Below, piece after piece: positions 8,838 to 18,491 of a stretch of DNA of 64,000 nucleotides. A model generated the notes under the pieces. That model was not told where the DNA came from. It made no database searches and was given only the letters and a program-made list of their open reading frames with translations. Position 1 is the first letter of the stretch; every line of letters begins with the position of its first letter. The position numbers and the translations under genes are program-made. The DNA comes from Thermoanaerobaculia bacterium. Its GTDB lineage: Bacteria; Acidobacteriota; Thermoanaerobaculia; Multivoradales; JAGPDF01. Location of the stretch: positions 2,030,998-2,094,997 of the forward strand of contig OY969426.1 of NCBI GenBank assembly GCA_963699245.1. The letters run 5' to 3'.

Positions 8838-9788
8838 ATGCCCCACTTCCGCACCCCAATCCGGCTCGGCGCCGCCCTCGCGCTGACCACCGCCCTCGCC
8901 GCTTCCGCCCAGGACTGGAAGGGGCGCGGTCGCGTCAACGGCGAGATCACCGACGAGGCCGGCCAGCCGGTCGCCGGCGCTTCCATCACCATTCGCCTGC
9001 AGTCGGCACCCGAACAGGGCCCGCCGCCGCTCAAGACCGACAAGCGCGGCAAGTTCGGCTATCTCGGCCTGACCGGCGGCGCCTGGACGGTGCACATCGA
9101 GGCCGAAGGCTACGTACCGAGCGAGGGCGTCGTTTCGGTCAGCGAGTTCCAGCCGCCGCCGCCGCTCCGCATCACGCTGCGCAAGCCGGAGGTCGTCGAG
9201 GCCCCCAAGCCCGACCCGAAGTACGCCGCCGCCCAGGCGGCGATCGACGCCGGCGACGCCCTGCTGCGCGACAAGAAGGGCACCGAGGCGCGGGCCGAAT
9301 ACGAAAAGGCGCTGCCGCTGCTCGAAGGCAACAACCGCGTCATCGTCCTCAAGCGCGTCGCCACCTGCCAGATGATCGAGGGCGACGACGCCGGCGCGGT
9401 CGAGACCTTCAAGCAGGTCCTCGCCGAGGCGCCGCAGGACCCCGACGCGCTCCGCCTCATCGTCGATCGCCTGATCGTGCTCAAGCGTGACGCCGAGGCG
9501 CAGCAGTACATGGCGATGCTGCCCGAGGGCCAGGGGGTCGATCCCAACACGCTGCTCAACATGGGGATCAACCTCTACAACGACAACAAGCTCGACGAGG
9601 CGATCGCGAAGTTCGACGCGGTCATCGCCGCGCGCCCCGACCATGCCGAGGGCTACTACTACCGCGGCCTCTCGATGCTGGCCAAGGGCAAGATGGCCGA
9701 TGCCAAGGCCGACTTCCAGAAGGTCCTCGCGATCGATCCCAACGGCCAGTTCGCCAACGACTGCCGCGGGTTCCTGAAATCGCTGTGA
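8838..9788 (+). CDS. Secreted carboxypeptidase-regulatory-like domain + TPR protein
   Basis: Track ORF 8760-9788; start at ATG 8838 (27th codon) with AAGGAG 8 nt upstream. MPHFRTPIRLGAALALTTALAASAQ is a signal peptide. GRVNGEITDEAGQPVAGASITIRL...GGAWTVHIEAEGYVP is the CarboxypepD_reg-like fold. C-terminal TPRs (LLNMGINLYNDNKLDEAIAKFDAVIAARPDHAEGYYYRGLSMLAKGKMADAKADFQKVLAIDPN). Confidence 0.75.
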   Translation: MPHFRTPIRLGAALALTTALAASAQDWKGRGRVNGEITDEAGQPVAGASITIRLQSAPEQGPPPLKTDKRGKFGYLGLTGGAWTVHIEAEGYVPSEGVVSVSEFQPPPPLRITLRKPEVVEAPKPDPKYAAAQAAIDAGDALLRDKKGTEARAEYEKALPLLEGNNRVIVLKRVATCQMIEGDDAGAVETFKQVLAEAPQDPDALRLIVDRLIVLKRDAEAQQYMAMLPEGQGVDPNTLLNMGINLYNDNKLDEAIAKFDAVIAARPDHAEGYYYRGLSMLAKGKMADAKADFQKVLAIDPNGQFANDCRGFLKSL

Positions 9789-12052
9789 TCCGGGGGTCGG
9801 TGACCCGGCTCCCGCTGCTGCTCGCCGCCGCCTGCCTCGCGCAGGCGGCGTGCGGCGGCGGCGAGCCGCCGCCGACTCCGGGCGCGCCGGTCGTCCTGAT
9901 CTCGATCGACACGCTGCGCGCCGACCGCCTGCCGATCTACGGCTACAAGGCCGGGCGGACGCCGGCCATCGACGCACTGGCGACGGACGGCGTGGTGCTC
10001 GAGCGCGCCTACACGACCTATCCCCTGACCCTCCCCGCGCACGCCAGCCTGCTCTCGGGCCGCTATCCGCAGCGGCACGGCGTGCGCGACAATTCCGGCT
10101 TCCGCTTCGACGCCGCCGCCACCCCGCCGCTCGCCGAACTGCTGCGCCGGCGCGGCTACGCGACCGGCGGCTTCGTCTCGGCGTGGATCCTGCGCGGCGC
10201 CACCGGCCTCGCGTCCGGCTTCGATGTCTACGACGACGAAATCGACGCTTCGACGACCGGCCTGCACGACGGCCAGCGCCCCGGCGCCGACACGCTGGCG
10301 CGCGCCGTCGGCTGGCTCGACGGGGCCGCGTCGAAGCCCTTCTTCCTCTTCCTCCATCTCTACGAGCCGCACGCGCCGTATAAGCCCCCCGAGCCCTTCG
10401 CCTCGGCCCTCGCCGACCCTTACGACGGCGAGATCGCGACCGCGGACGACCTGGTCGGACGCCTGGTCGCCGAGCTCAAGCGTCGCGGCCTCTACGACAA
10501 GTCCCTCGTCGTCCTGGTCGCCGACCATGGCGAAGGCCTGGGCGATCACGGCGAGATGCGCCACGGCGTGCTCCTCTACCAGGAGACCGTGCGCGTGCCG
10601 ATGGTCCTCAAGCTGCCGCGCGCGGCCGACCGCGGCACGCGCCGGGGCGAGGTCGCGAGCCTCACGGACGTGATGCCGACGGTCCTCGGCCTGGTCGGCG
10701 CCGAGACGCCGCGGGGCCTCGACGGCGTCTCGCTCTTCGCACGCGCGGCCGCCGGCCGCCGCCTCTACGCGGAGTCCTGGTACCCGCGCCTGCGGCTCGG
10801 ATGGAGCGAGCTCCGGCTGCTCGTCGACCAGCGCTGGGCCGCGATCGACGGACCGGCGCCCGAGCTCTACGATCTCGCGGCCGACCCGCACGAGCGCGTC
10901 GACCGCGCCGCGAGCGACCGCGGCGAGCTCGCCGAGCGGCTCCGCGCGCTGAAGTCGCTCGACGTGCCGCCCGCTCCCCCGCACGCCGCCGACGACGAGG
11001 AGGCGAAGCAGCTCGCGGCGCTCGGCTACCTCGGCGGCTCCGCGGCCGCGACGAAAGGGCCGCTTCCCGATCCGAAGACCCGCGTCGCCGTGCTCGGCCG
11101 GCTCGAGGCGGCGCTCGATCGCGCTGCGGTGCAGGACGACGCCGGGGCCGTCGCCGCGATCGAGCAGCTGCTGGCCGAGAATCCCGGCATGGTCGATCCG
11201 CTTCCCTTCCTCGCCCGCTCGCTGATCCGGCTGGGCCGCAAGCAGGAAGCCGCCGCCGCTTACCGGCGCGCCCTCGCCGCCGGTCCCGATCCGCAGATCG
11301 AGCTCTCGCTCGCGCACCTGCTCGCCGAGCAGGGCGAGCTCGACGAGGCGGCGCGGCTCGCCGAGAGCGCCGTCGGCGGCGATCCCCGGCGCGCCTACGA
11401 GACACTGGTCGGGATCGCCGACCTGCGCCAGGACCCGGTGGCGGCACAGCGCTGGGTGGACCGCGCCATCGCCGCGGGCGACGCCGGCGAGCCGATCCGG
11501 CGCCGCCAGGCGCGCCAGCTGGCCGAGCAGGGACGCGCTGGCGAGGCGGTGGCGCTGCTCTCCCCGCTCGCGGCGGAGGCGGGCGCCGACACCCTTGCGG
11601 TGCTCGGCCTCGCGCAGGCCGACAATGGAGAAGTCGAAGCGGGACTGGCGACGCTCGAACGCGCCCGCCGGCTGGCGCCGACGGACGGCGTCGTGCTCGA
11701 GAACCTCGGCGTCGTCGCGCTGCGCGCCGATCGCGTGCCGCTCGCGCTCGAGGCGCTCGAAGACGCCGCGAAGACGGCGGGCGGCGGCGGCTCGGCCTGG
11801 AACTCGCTCGGCGTGGCGCGCTACCGCGCCGGCGACCCGCGCGGCGCGATCGCCGCCTGGCGGCGCGCCGCCGAGCTCGATCCGGTGCTCGTCGACGCGC
11901 TCTTCAACCTCGGCCTGGTGGCCGCCGAAACCGGCGACCGTGCCACGGCGCAGGAAGCGCTGCGACGCTACCTCGCCGGCGCCCCGGCCGATCGCGGCGC
12001 CGACCGCGCCCGCGCCCGTGAGATCCTCGCCCAACTGGGAGCCCGACCGTGA
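9785..12052 (+). CDS. Sulfatase-fold (alkaline-phosphatase superfamily) hydrolase/transferase with Thr nucleophile position, fused to C-terminal TPR domain; lipoprotein (paralog 1)
   Basis: GTG start overlaps the upstream stop (GTGA). Lipobox LLLAAAC/LAQAAC. VVLISIDTLRADRLP, YPLTLPAHASLLSGRYPQRHGVRDN, FFLFLHLYEPHAPY, LVVLVADHGEGLGDHGEMRHG. The last ~300 aa are TPR-like (AWNSLGVARYRAGDPRGAIAAWRRAAELDPVLVDALFNLGLV). Confidence 0.85.
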   Translation: MIRGSVTRLPLLLAAACLAQAACGGGEPPPTPGAPVVLISIDTLRADRLPIYGYKAGRTPAIDALATDGVVLERAYTTYPLTLPAHASLLSGRYPQRHGVRDNSGFRFDAAATPPLAELLRRRGYATGGFVSAWILRGATGLASGFDVYDDEIDASTTGLHDGQRPGADTLARAVGWLDGAASKPFFLFLHLYEPHAPYKPPEPFASALADPYDGEIATADDLVGRLVAELKRRGLYDKSLVVLVADHGEGLGDHGEMRHGVLLYQETVRVPMVLKLPRAADRGTRRGEVASLTDVMPTVLGLVGAETPRGLDGVSLFARAAAGRRLYAESWYPRLRLGWSELRLLVDQRWAAIDGPAPELYDLAADPHERVDRAASDRGELAERLRALKSLDVPPAPPHAADDEEAKQLAALGYLGGSAAATKGPLPDPKTRVAVLGRLEAALDRAAVQDDAGAVAAIEQLLAENPGMVDPLPFLARSLIRLGRKQEAAAAYRRALAAGPDPQIELSLAHLLAEQGELDEAARLAESAVGGDPRRAYETLVGIADLRQDPVAAQRWVDRAIAAGDAGEPIRRRQARQLAEQGRAGEAVALLSPLAAEAGADTLAVLGLAQADNGEVEAGLATLERARRLAPTDGVVLENLGVVALRADRVPLALEALEDAAKTAGGGGSAWNSLGVARYRAGDPRGAIAAWRRAAELDPVLVDALFNLGLVAAETGDRATAQEALRRYLAGAPADRGADRARAREILAQLGARP

Positions 12053-14193
12053 GATTCCTCCGCTTCTCGTCCTGCGTGATCGCGCTCCTCGCCCTCGCCG
12101 CCTGCGGCCGCCTCGGCGGCAAGGTGGGGACCTATCCCGACGCGCCGATCATCCTGATCTCGATCGACACGCTGCGCTCCGATCACCTGCCGGACTACGG
12201 CTACCAGCGCGGCTCGACTCCCGCCATCTCGTCGCTCGTCCAGCAGGGCGTGCTCTTCGAGCGCGCCTACAGCCACATCCCGCTCACCTTGCCGTCGCAC
12301 CTGACCATGTTCACCGGTGAGTACCCCGGCATCCACGGCGTGCGCGACAACCTCGGCTATCGCTTCAAGGCGGCCGAGCGTCCCTACCTGCCGCGCACGC
12401 TGCGCGACGCGGGCTACGCCACCGGCGGCGCGATCTCCGCCTTCGTGCTGCGCCCCGAGACCGGGGTCGCCGACGGCTTCGACTTCTTCGCCGGCGATGT
12501 CGAGCTGCGCGTCAACGAATCGATCGGCTCGAGCCAGCGGCCGTGCGGCGAAACGCTCGACAAGGCGCGCCCCTGGCTCGACCAGCGCGGCGACAAGAAA
12601 TTCTTCTTCTTCTTTCACATCTACGAGCCGCACACGCCCTACGACCCGCCGGCCGAGCTGGCGGCACAGTTCGCGAGCCCCTACGACGGCGACATCGCGG
12701 CGGCCGACCAGTGCGTCGCCAAGCTCACCGCCGACCTGCAGCGCAAGAAGATCTGGGAGCGCGCCATCGTCATTCTGGTCTCCGACCACGGCGAGGGACT
12801 CGCCGAGCACGGCGAGCCGGAGCACGGCATCCTGCTCTATCGCGAGGACCTCCAGGTGCCGTTCATCGTCAAGCTCCCGGGCGAAGCGCTTCGCGGACGC
12901 CGGGTCGCCGACCCGGTGCAGCTCGTCGACCTCTTCCCGACCATCACCGCGCTGGCCGGCCTGCCGACCCCGCCCGGCCTGCCGGGCAAGCCGGTCTTCG
13001 CGCTCCCCAAGGAGCCGCGGCCGATCCTGGCCGAGACCTGGTATCCGCGCCTCCATCTCGGCTGGAACGAGCTGACCTCGGTCATCCGCGGCAACTGGCA
13101 CGGCATCTTCGGACCCGACCCCGAGCTGTTCGACGTGGTGGCCGATCCGGGCGAGCGCCAGAACGTCCGCGACTCCGAGCGCCGCAACTTCGCCGAGCTG
13201 CGCGAGATCGACAAGGCGACCCGCCATCCGTTGAACGCGCCGATGGCCGAGGACGCCGAGACCGCCGCGAAGCTGGCGGCGCTCGGCTACCTCGGCTCGA
13301 CCGCTTCGGTATCGGAGGGACCGCTGCCCGATCCGAAGTCCCGCGTGCACTCGCTCGGCGACTACAACCGGGCATTGCAGGCGGTCACCTCTCAGGACTT
13401 CGCTCTCGGCCTGCAGCTCGCCCAGAAGCTCGCCGACGAGAACCCGATGATGATCGACGCCTGGGACCTGCTCGGCCTCGCCAACTCGCGGCTCGGCCGC
13501 ATGCAGGAGGCGCTCGCCGCCTACAAGAAGGCCATGGAGCTGACCGGCGGCACGCCGCACCTCGCCATCTCGATCGGCAACGTCGAGATGGAGATCGGCA
13601 ACCTCGACGAGGCCGAGCATCACTTCCGGCTGGCGATCGACTCGAGCCCGGCGGCGGCGCACACGCTGCTCGCCGGCGTCGCGCGATTGCGCGAGGACTA
13701 TGCCGCCGCCGAGCGCGAGGCCAAGGCGGCCCTCGAGGCTGGCGGCTCGAAGACCGGCCCGCTCCTGCTGCTCGCCCAGGTCTACCGCGACCAGGGGCGC
13801 CTCGAGGAGGCGCTCAAGCTCACCGAGGAGGCGCGGGCGGCGCTCGGCAGCGGCGACCCGAAGCACTCCGGCCTCTACCTCGTGCGCGGCGACATCCTGA
13901 GCCGCCTCGAACGGATCCCCGAAGCGATCCAGGCTTTCAACACCGAGATCGAGCGCTTCCCCTGGGATCCGCGCGCCTACAGCCACCTGGCGGCTCTGCT
14001 GGTCGCCTCGGGGCACCCCGAGGAGGCGGGCAACGTCTTGCGCGCGCTGGTCGAGCGCAATCCTGAGTCCCCCTCCGCGTATGCCGAGGCGGTGCGCAGC
14101 ATGCGGGTGCTGGGGGATCCGCAGACCGCGGGCAAGCTCCTGGCGCGTGCCCGCGATCGGTTCCCGACCGACCAGGCGCTCGCCAAGCTGTGA
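12049..14193 (+). CDS. Sulfatase-fold hydrolase/transferase (Thr-type) + TPR lipoprotein (paralog 2)
   Basis: GTGA overlap with paralog 1. MRFLRFSSCVIALLALAAC lipobox. IILISIDTLRSDHLP, IPLTLPSHLTMFTGEYPGIHGVRDN, FFFFFHIYEPHTPY, IVILVSDHGEGLAEHGEPEHG. TPR C-terminus (AWDLLGLANSRLGRMQEALAAYKKAMEL...). Confidence 0.85.
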   Translation: MRFLRFSSCVIALLALAACGRLGGKVGTYPDAPIILISIDTLRSDHLPDYGYQRGSTPAISSLVQQGVLFERAYSHIPLTLPSHLTMFTGEYPGIHGVRDNLGYRFKAAERPYLPRTLRDAGYATGGAISAFVLRPETGVADGFDFFAGDVELRVNESIGSSQRPCGETLDKARPWLDQRGDKKFFFFFHIYEPHTPYDPPAELAAQFASPYDGDIAAADQCVAKLTADLQRKKIWERAIVILVSDHGEGLAEHGEPEHGILLYREDLQVPFIVKLPGEALRGRRVADPVQLVDLFPTITALAGLPTPPGLPGKPVFALPKEPRPILAETWYPRLHLGWNELTSVIRGNWHGIFGPDPELFDVVADPGERQNVRDSERRNFAELREIDKATRHPLNAPMAEDAETAAKLAALGYLGSTASVSEGPLPDPKSRVHSLGDYNRALQAVTSQDFALGLQLAQKLADENPMMIDAWDLLGLANSRLGRMQEALAAYKKAMELTGGTPHLAISIGNVEMEIGNLDEAEHHFRLAIDSSPAAAHTLLAGVARLREDYAAAEREAKAALEAGGSKTGPLLLLAQVYRDQGRLEEALKLTEEARAALGSGDPKHSGLYLVRGDILSRLERIPEAIQAFNTEIERFPWDPRAYSHLAALLVASGHPEEAGNVLRALVERNPESPSAYAEAVRSMRVLGDPQTAGKLLARARDRFPTDQALAKL

Positions 14194-16280
14194 GCGCTCG
14201 CCGTCTCGCCGCGCTCGCCGCGCTCGCCGCCGGCCTCTTCGGCGGCGCCTGCTCGCGCCAGGAGCCGGCCGCCGCGCCGGCCGCGACGGGAGCGGCGCCG
14301 GCGAACCGGCCCGATGTCGTCCTCGTCACCATCGACACCTGGCGCGCCGACGCGGCCGGCTTCGCCGGCAACGCCCGGGTGGCGACGCCGCTCCTCGATC
14401 GCCTCGCGGCGACCGGGCGCGTCTATCCCGACACCCACGCGCACAACGTGGTAACGCTCCCTTCGCACACCAACATCCTCACCGGCCTCTACCCCTTCCA
14501 GCACGGCATCCGTGACAACTCGGGCTTCAAGCTCGACCCGGCGATCCCGACGATGGCGACCCTGCTGCACGGCGCCGGTTACGCGACCGGCGCCTTCGTG
14601 GCCGCCTTCCCCCTCGACCGCCGCTACGGGCTGGGCAGCGGCTTCGACGACTACGACGACAAGTTCAAGCGCGGCTCGGACACCGCCGCCTTCGTCCTCG
14701 CCGAACGGCGCGGCGACGAGGTGGTCGCCGCCGCGCTCGCCTGGTGGAGCGCGCACGCCGACAAACCGCGCCTGCTCTGGGTTCATCTCTACGACCCGCA
14801 TGCCGGCTACGACCCGCCGGAACCCTTCGCGACGCGATACCGCGCCATGCCCTACCTCGGCGAGGTGGCGGCGACCGACAGCTTCCTGGTGCCGCTGCTC
14901 GCGCCGCATCTCGACGGCCGCGAGCGCCCGGCGCTCGTCGTCGTGACCGGAGATCACGGCGAAGCGCTCGGCGACCATGGCGAGCTGACGCACGGCCTGT
15001 TCGCCTACGAGGCGACGCTCAAGGTCCCGCTCGTCCTCTGGGGCTCCGGCGTCACGCCGGGGCGCGACGAGCGCGCCGCCCGGCACATCGACATCCTGCC
15101 GACGGTGCTCGAGAGGGTCGGCGTCGAGCCGCCGCGCCGGCTGCCGGGCCGCTCGCTGCTCGAGCCGCCGGCGGCGGTCGACAGCTACTTCGAGTCGCTG
15201 TCGACGGCTCTCAATCGGGGCTGGGCACCGCTGCGCGGCCTGCTGCGCGACCACCACAAGTTCATCGAGCTGCCGCTGCCCGAGCTCTACGACCTCGGCT
15301 CAGATCCCGCCGAGGCGAACAACCTGGTGGCGCCGCGCACGCAGCTCGCCACCGAGCTCCGCCAGGCGCTGCCGCGCGAATCGACCTGGCCGCCCGAGCG
15401 CGGCGCCACGACTTCCGAGGAAGAGGCCCGCCTGCGCAGCCTCGGCTACGCCGTCGGCTCGGTGCCGCCGAAGTCGACCTACGGTCCCGAGGACGATCCG
15501 AAGAATCTGATCGGCATCGACGCCATGATTCACGACGTCATCGATCTCTACTCGCGCGGCCGCTACGTCGAGGCCGTGGCGAAGGGGCGGGAGCTCGTCG
15601 CCCGCCGCCCCGATCTCGCCGAGGGCTACGAGCACCTCTCGCTCGCCCTGCGCCAGCTCGAGCGCCTCGACGAGGCGATCGCAGTGCTCGAGGAAGGCAA
15701 GCGCAAGGCGCGCGCCCGCGACTCCCTCGACAGCCAGCTCGGCATGGCGCTGGCGGAAGCGGGGCGGCCCGAAGAAGCGGTGCGGGTCCTGACGCCGCTC
15801 GCTCCCGCGCGCGACCCCGACACGCTGCGCACGCTCGGCATGGCGCTCGCCGACGCCGGCCATACGGATCGCGCCGTCGAGGTGTTGACGACGGCGCGCG
15901 AGCTGGCGCCGAACGATCCCGAGATCCTCACCGCGCTCGGCATGGCAGAGCTCCATCGCGACCGCGCCGCCGAAGCCGCGCGCTGGCTGCGCGAGGCCCT
16001 GCGCCTCAACGACGGCCTCGCCAGCGCCTGGAACGCGCTCGGCGTGGCTCTCTACTCGACCGAGGGCCCGGCGGCCGCGGTGGCCGCCTGGCAGAAGGCG
16101 ATCGCGCTCGACCCGCAGCTCTGGGACGCGCTCTACAACGTCGGCCTGGTCGCCAACAGCCTCGGCGATCGCGCCACGGCGAAGAGCGCGCTCACGCGCT
16201 ACGTGGCGACAGCTCCCCCCGAGCGCTTCGCGGCCGAGATCGCCAGGGCGCGCCAGATCCTCGCGACGCTCGGCGGCTGA
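14190..16280 (+). CDS. Sulfatase-fold hydrolase/transferase (Thr-type) + TPR lipoprotein (paralog 3)
   Basis: GTGA overlap with paralog 2. Lipobox LFGGAC. VVLVTIDTWRADAAG, NVVTLPSHTNILTGLYPFQHGIRDN, LLWVHLYDPHAGY, LVVVTGDHGEALGDHGELTHG. TPR C-terminus (AWNALGVALYSTEGPAAAVAAWQKAIALDPQLWDALYNVGLV). Confidence 0.85.
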   Translation: MSARRLAALAALAAGLFGGACSRQEPAAAPAATGAAPANRPDVVLVTIDTWRADAAGFAGNARVATPLLDRLAATGRVYPDTHAHNVVTLPSHTNILTGLYPFQHGIRDNSGFKLDPAIPTMATLLHGAGYATGAFVAAFPLDRRYGLGSGFDDYDDKFKRGSDTAAFVLAERRGDEVVAAALAWWSAHADKPRLLWVHLYDPHAGYDPPEPFATRYRAMPYLGEVAATDSFLVPLLAPHLDGRERPALVVVTGDHGEALGDHGELTHGLFAYEATLKVPLVLWGSGVTPGRDERAARHIDILPTVLERVGVEPPRRLPGRSLLEPPAAVDSYFESLSTALNRGWAPLRGLLRDHHKFIELPLPELYDLGSDPAEANNLVAPRTQLATELRQALPRESTWPPERGATTSEEEARLRSLGYAVGSVPPKSTYGPEDDPKNLIGIDAMIHDVIDLYSRGRYVEAVAKGRELVARRPDLAEGYEHLSLALRQLERLDEAIAVLEEGKRKARARDSLDSQLGMALAEAGRPEEAVRVLTPLAPARDPDTLRTLGMALADAGHTDRAVEVLTTARELAPNDPEILTALGMAELHRDRAAEAARWLREALRLNDGLASAWNALGVALYSTEGPAAAVAAWQKAIALDPQLWDALYNVGLVANSLGDRATAKSALTRYVATAPPERFAAEIARARQILATLGG

Positions 16281-16284
16281 GAGA

Positions 16285-16305
16285 GCGCCCGGCCTCAGCG
16301 GGCGC
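16285..16305. terminator. GC hairpin between convergent genes (possible bidirectional terminator)
   Basis: GCGCCCG-N7-CGGGCGC spans the 14-nt gap between stop 16280(+) and stop 16295-16297(-). There is no U-tract, so this is weak. Confidence 0.3.
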
Positions 16306-18403
16306 GCGCGTCGAGGCTGGAGAGAAAAGCCTCCGCCTCGCCCCGCCGCCCCGCCCGCTCGGCATTCCGCAGCAGCAGCGCTCTCCCCGCGGCGAGCCCC
16401 GGCGCCCGTTCGAGCAGGTCGCGCAGGGTGCGATCAGCGCGGTCGAAGTCGCCTTCGCCATGCGCCACCGCCGCGGCGAGCAGGAGATCCTCCGCGGCCG
16501 GCGGCGCGCCGGCGCGCGCCCGCGCTTCCCCGAGCGCCTCGCGCGCCGTGGCGAGATCGCCCGCTTCGACCGCGAGAAAGCCGAGCAGGCGCCACGCTCC
16601 GATGTCGGCGGGGGCGAGCCGCGCCGCCTCGCGCGCGTCGGCGAGGCCGGCGCCGAGATCGCCGGTGGCGCCGTCGAGGCGGGCCATTTCGAGCCACGGC
16701 CGCGGATCCGCGGCGTGGAGCTCGCTGACGCGCCGCCAGAGCTCGCGCGCTGCACGCGGACGGCCCTGCTCCTGCTCGAGCCCGGCGAGGCGCTCGAGCA
16801 CCGCCCCGAGACCGGGATTGATCGCCAGCGCGGCCCGAAACTCCTCCATCCCGGCCGCGGCGCGGCCGCTGGCGACGAGGATCTCCGCCAGGTGAACGTG
16901 GTGGTCAATCGAAGCGGGATCGCGTCGCACTGCCTCGCGCAGCAGCGCCTCCGCTGCGACGAGATCGCCGGCGCGCTGGCGGAGCCGGCCGAGTCCGTCC
17001 GGACCGAGACCGGAGCGCGGATCGGCCGCGTCGGCGCGGCGAAACGCCGCCTCGGCCTGCTCCCGCTCGCCCAGCCGGAGCCACGAGTTACCGCTCAGTC
17101 CCCACTCCTCGCCGAACCGGTGCGTGGGCTCGTGGCGCCGCGCGTGGGAAGCCGCGAGGACCACGAGGCCGAGCAGCGCGAGGCGCGCCCGGCGCGCCGG
17201 CGAACCGGCGGCGGCCAGCGCGGCCGGCGCCGGTGCCGCCAGCATCGCCCACGCCAAGCTCATCGGCAGGCGATAGCGCAGTCCCATCAGCGCGACCAGC
17301 ACCGGCAGAGCGAGCGCGGCGAGGACGAGGAGAGGGAGCCGCAACCGCGAACGCTCTCGCCAAGAGGCGGCGACACCGACCGCCGCCAGCGCCAGCAGCA
17401 GCCCGAAACCGGGCAGCGCCGCGAGCAGGCGAGACTGCTCGCGAAAGAAGAAGTAGCTGTGGTTGTCGCGCGGCTCCTCCGCCTGCAGGAGCCAGAGCGC
17501 CTTGCTGCCGACGGCGCTCAGCAGCCCGACCGGGTCCGCCGCCGCGCGCGCCAGCGTCTTGCCGAAGTAATAGGTCTCGAGGTCGCCGACGCGGCGGATG
17601 CCGTCGCGAATCGGCGCGGCCTCGACGCGATCCCAAGCGCCGCCGACGCGTGCGTTCTGGATGCCGCCTCCCGCCGGGTCGTTGCCGATCCAGAGATTGA
17701 TGGCGCCGAATCCGCGCACGAAGAGCAAAGTCCCGGCGGCGCGCGAGGCGAGCGCCACGGCCGACGCCACGACCAGCGCGACGCCGACCAGGAAGGCCGC
17801 GTGCCGCCGGCGGCGAGCGCGCGGCTCGGGCGCCGAATCAGCGAGCTCGAGCCAGCCGACCGGCAGCAGCACGATGGCCGTCGGCCGCACCGCCACCGCC
17901 AATCCGAGCGCGAGCCCGGCGGCGAGCGCCCGCCGCGGACGCTCGCGCGCGGTGCCGGAGAGCGCGGAGAGGAAGAGAAGCAGAGCCGTCAGCAGCAGCG
18001 TCTCTTCCCAGAGCGCGACGTCGACGAGCACCAGCGGACCGTGGAGCGCCAGGAGCAGCCCGGCGGTCCAGGCGGCCGAGCGGCGCCCCCAGAGCGTGAA
18101 GGCGAGCCGCGCCGCGAGCGCCACGTTCAGGGCGCCGAGCGCCGCCTGCGCGAGCCGCGCCGCGGCGACCGATCCCCCTCCCAGCTTCAGGAAGAGCGCC
18201 AGCAGAAAAGGGTACGGGAAGCCGTGCGTCGGATAGGACGGCAGCCGCCAGTCGCCGCCGACGATGCGTTGCGCCCAGCCCACGATCTCGGCGGCGTCGA
18301 GCTGCGGCGCCCGAAAGAGCGCCGTCGCCTCGAGCTCGCGCGCCACCACGATCCGCACGCCCCAGGCGAGCGCGGCGAGGAGCACCAGCTCCCAGGCGCG
18401 CAA
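16295..18403 (-). CDS. GT-C fold glycosyltransferase (PMT_2/ArnT, GT39-like) with C-terminal TPR domain
   Basis: Frame of track ORF 16295-18655. The N-terminal two thirds is a polytopic membrane domain with many hydrophobic helices (LVLLAALAWGVRIVV, first-loop motif APQLDAAEIVGWAQRI, FPYPFLLALFLKLGG, LLLTALLLFLSALSG, LLVLAALALPVLVALMGL ...). The C-terminal ~270 aa is TPR. The start is uncertain. I prefer TTG 18403 (85th codon, M/LRAWELVLL...) because it leaves an 88-nt divergent spacer before the gene at 18492. GTG 18523 or ATG 18655 would overlap that gene. Confidence 0.7.
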   Translation of the reverse strand: MRAWELVLLAALAWGVRIVVARELEATALFRAPQLDAAEIVGWAQRIVGGDWRLPSYPTHGFPYPFLLALFLKLGGGSVAAARLAQAALGALNVALAARLAFTLWGRRSAAWTAGLLLALHGPLVLVDVALWEETLLLTALLLFLSALSGTARERPRRALAAGLALGLAVAVRPTAIVLLPVGWLELADSAPEPRARRRRHAAFLVGVALVVASAVALASRAAGTLLFVRGFGAINLWIGNDPAGGGIQNARVGGAWDRVEAAPIRDGIRRVGDLETYYFGKTLARAAADPVGLLSAVGSKALWLLQAEEPRDNHSYFFFREQSRLLAALPGFGLLLALAAVGVAASWRERSRLRLPLLVLAALALPVLVALMGLRYRLPMSLAWAMLAAPAPAALAAAGSPARRARLALLGLVVLAASHARRHEPTHRFGEEWGLSGNSWLRLGEREQAEAAFRRADAADPRSGLGPDGLGRLRQRAGDLVAAEALLREAVRRDPASIDHHVHLAEILVASGRAAAGMEEFRAALAINPGLGAVLERLAGLEQEQGRPRAARELWRRVSELHAADPRPWLEMARLDGATGDLGAGLADAREAARLAPADIGAWRLLGFLAVEAGDLATAREALGEARARAGAPPAAEDLLLAAAVAHGEGDFDRADRTLRDLLERAPGLAAGRALLLRNAERAGRRGEAEAFLSSLDARAR

Positions 18404-18491
18404 CGCCGCGGCGGCCGGCGGTTGTAGACTCGCTCCCCGCTCCGCCCGCCCGGCGGTCGCGAACGACTCTCGCTCCCGAGCCGAATCGACG

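Noticed and set aside
9622-9912. Two unrelated minus-strand ORFs (9622-9912 and 16295-18655) both begin MSIEIRT, hinting at a shared N-terminal module
   Set aside because: MSIEIRT is simply the antisense reading of the conserved LISIDTLRAD codons (CTGATCTCGATCGACAC) of the sulfatase-fold paralogs at ~9897 and ~18642. For the GT-C gene, this is part of why I moved the start downstream to 18403.
9892-9927. A ~36-nt exact nucleotide repeat (TCGTCCTGATCTCGATCGACACGCTGCGCGCCGACC) shared with 18637-18672, with near-copies at ~12150. I considered it as a possible repeat element or gene-conversion tract.
   Set aside because: It lies in-frame at the most conserved catalytic motif of paralogous genes under extreme codon bias. 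The flanking sequence diverges immediately. There is no spacing or array structure typical of CRISPR, REP or MITE elements.
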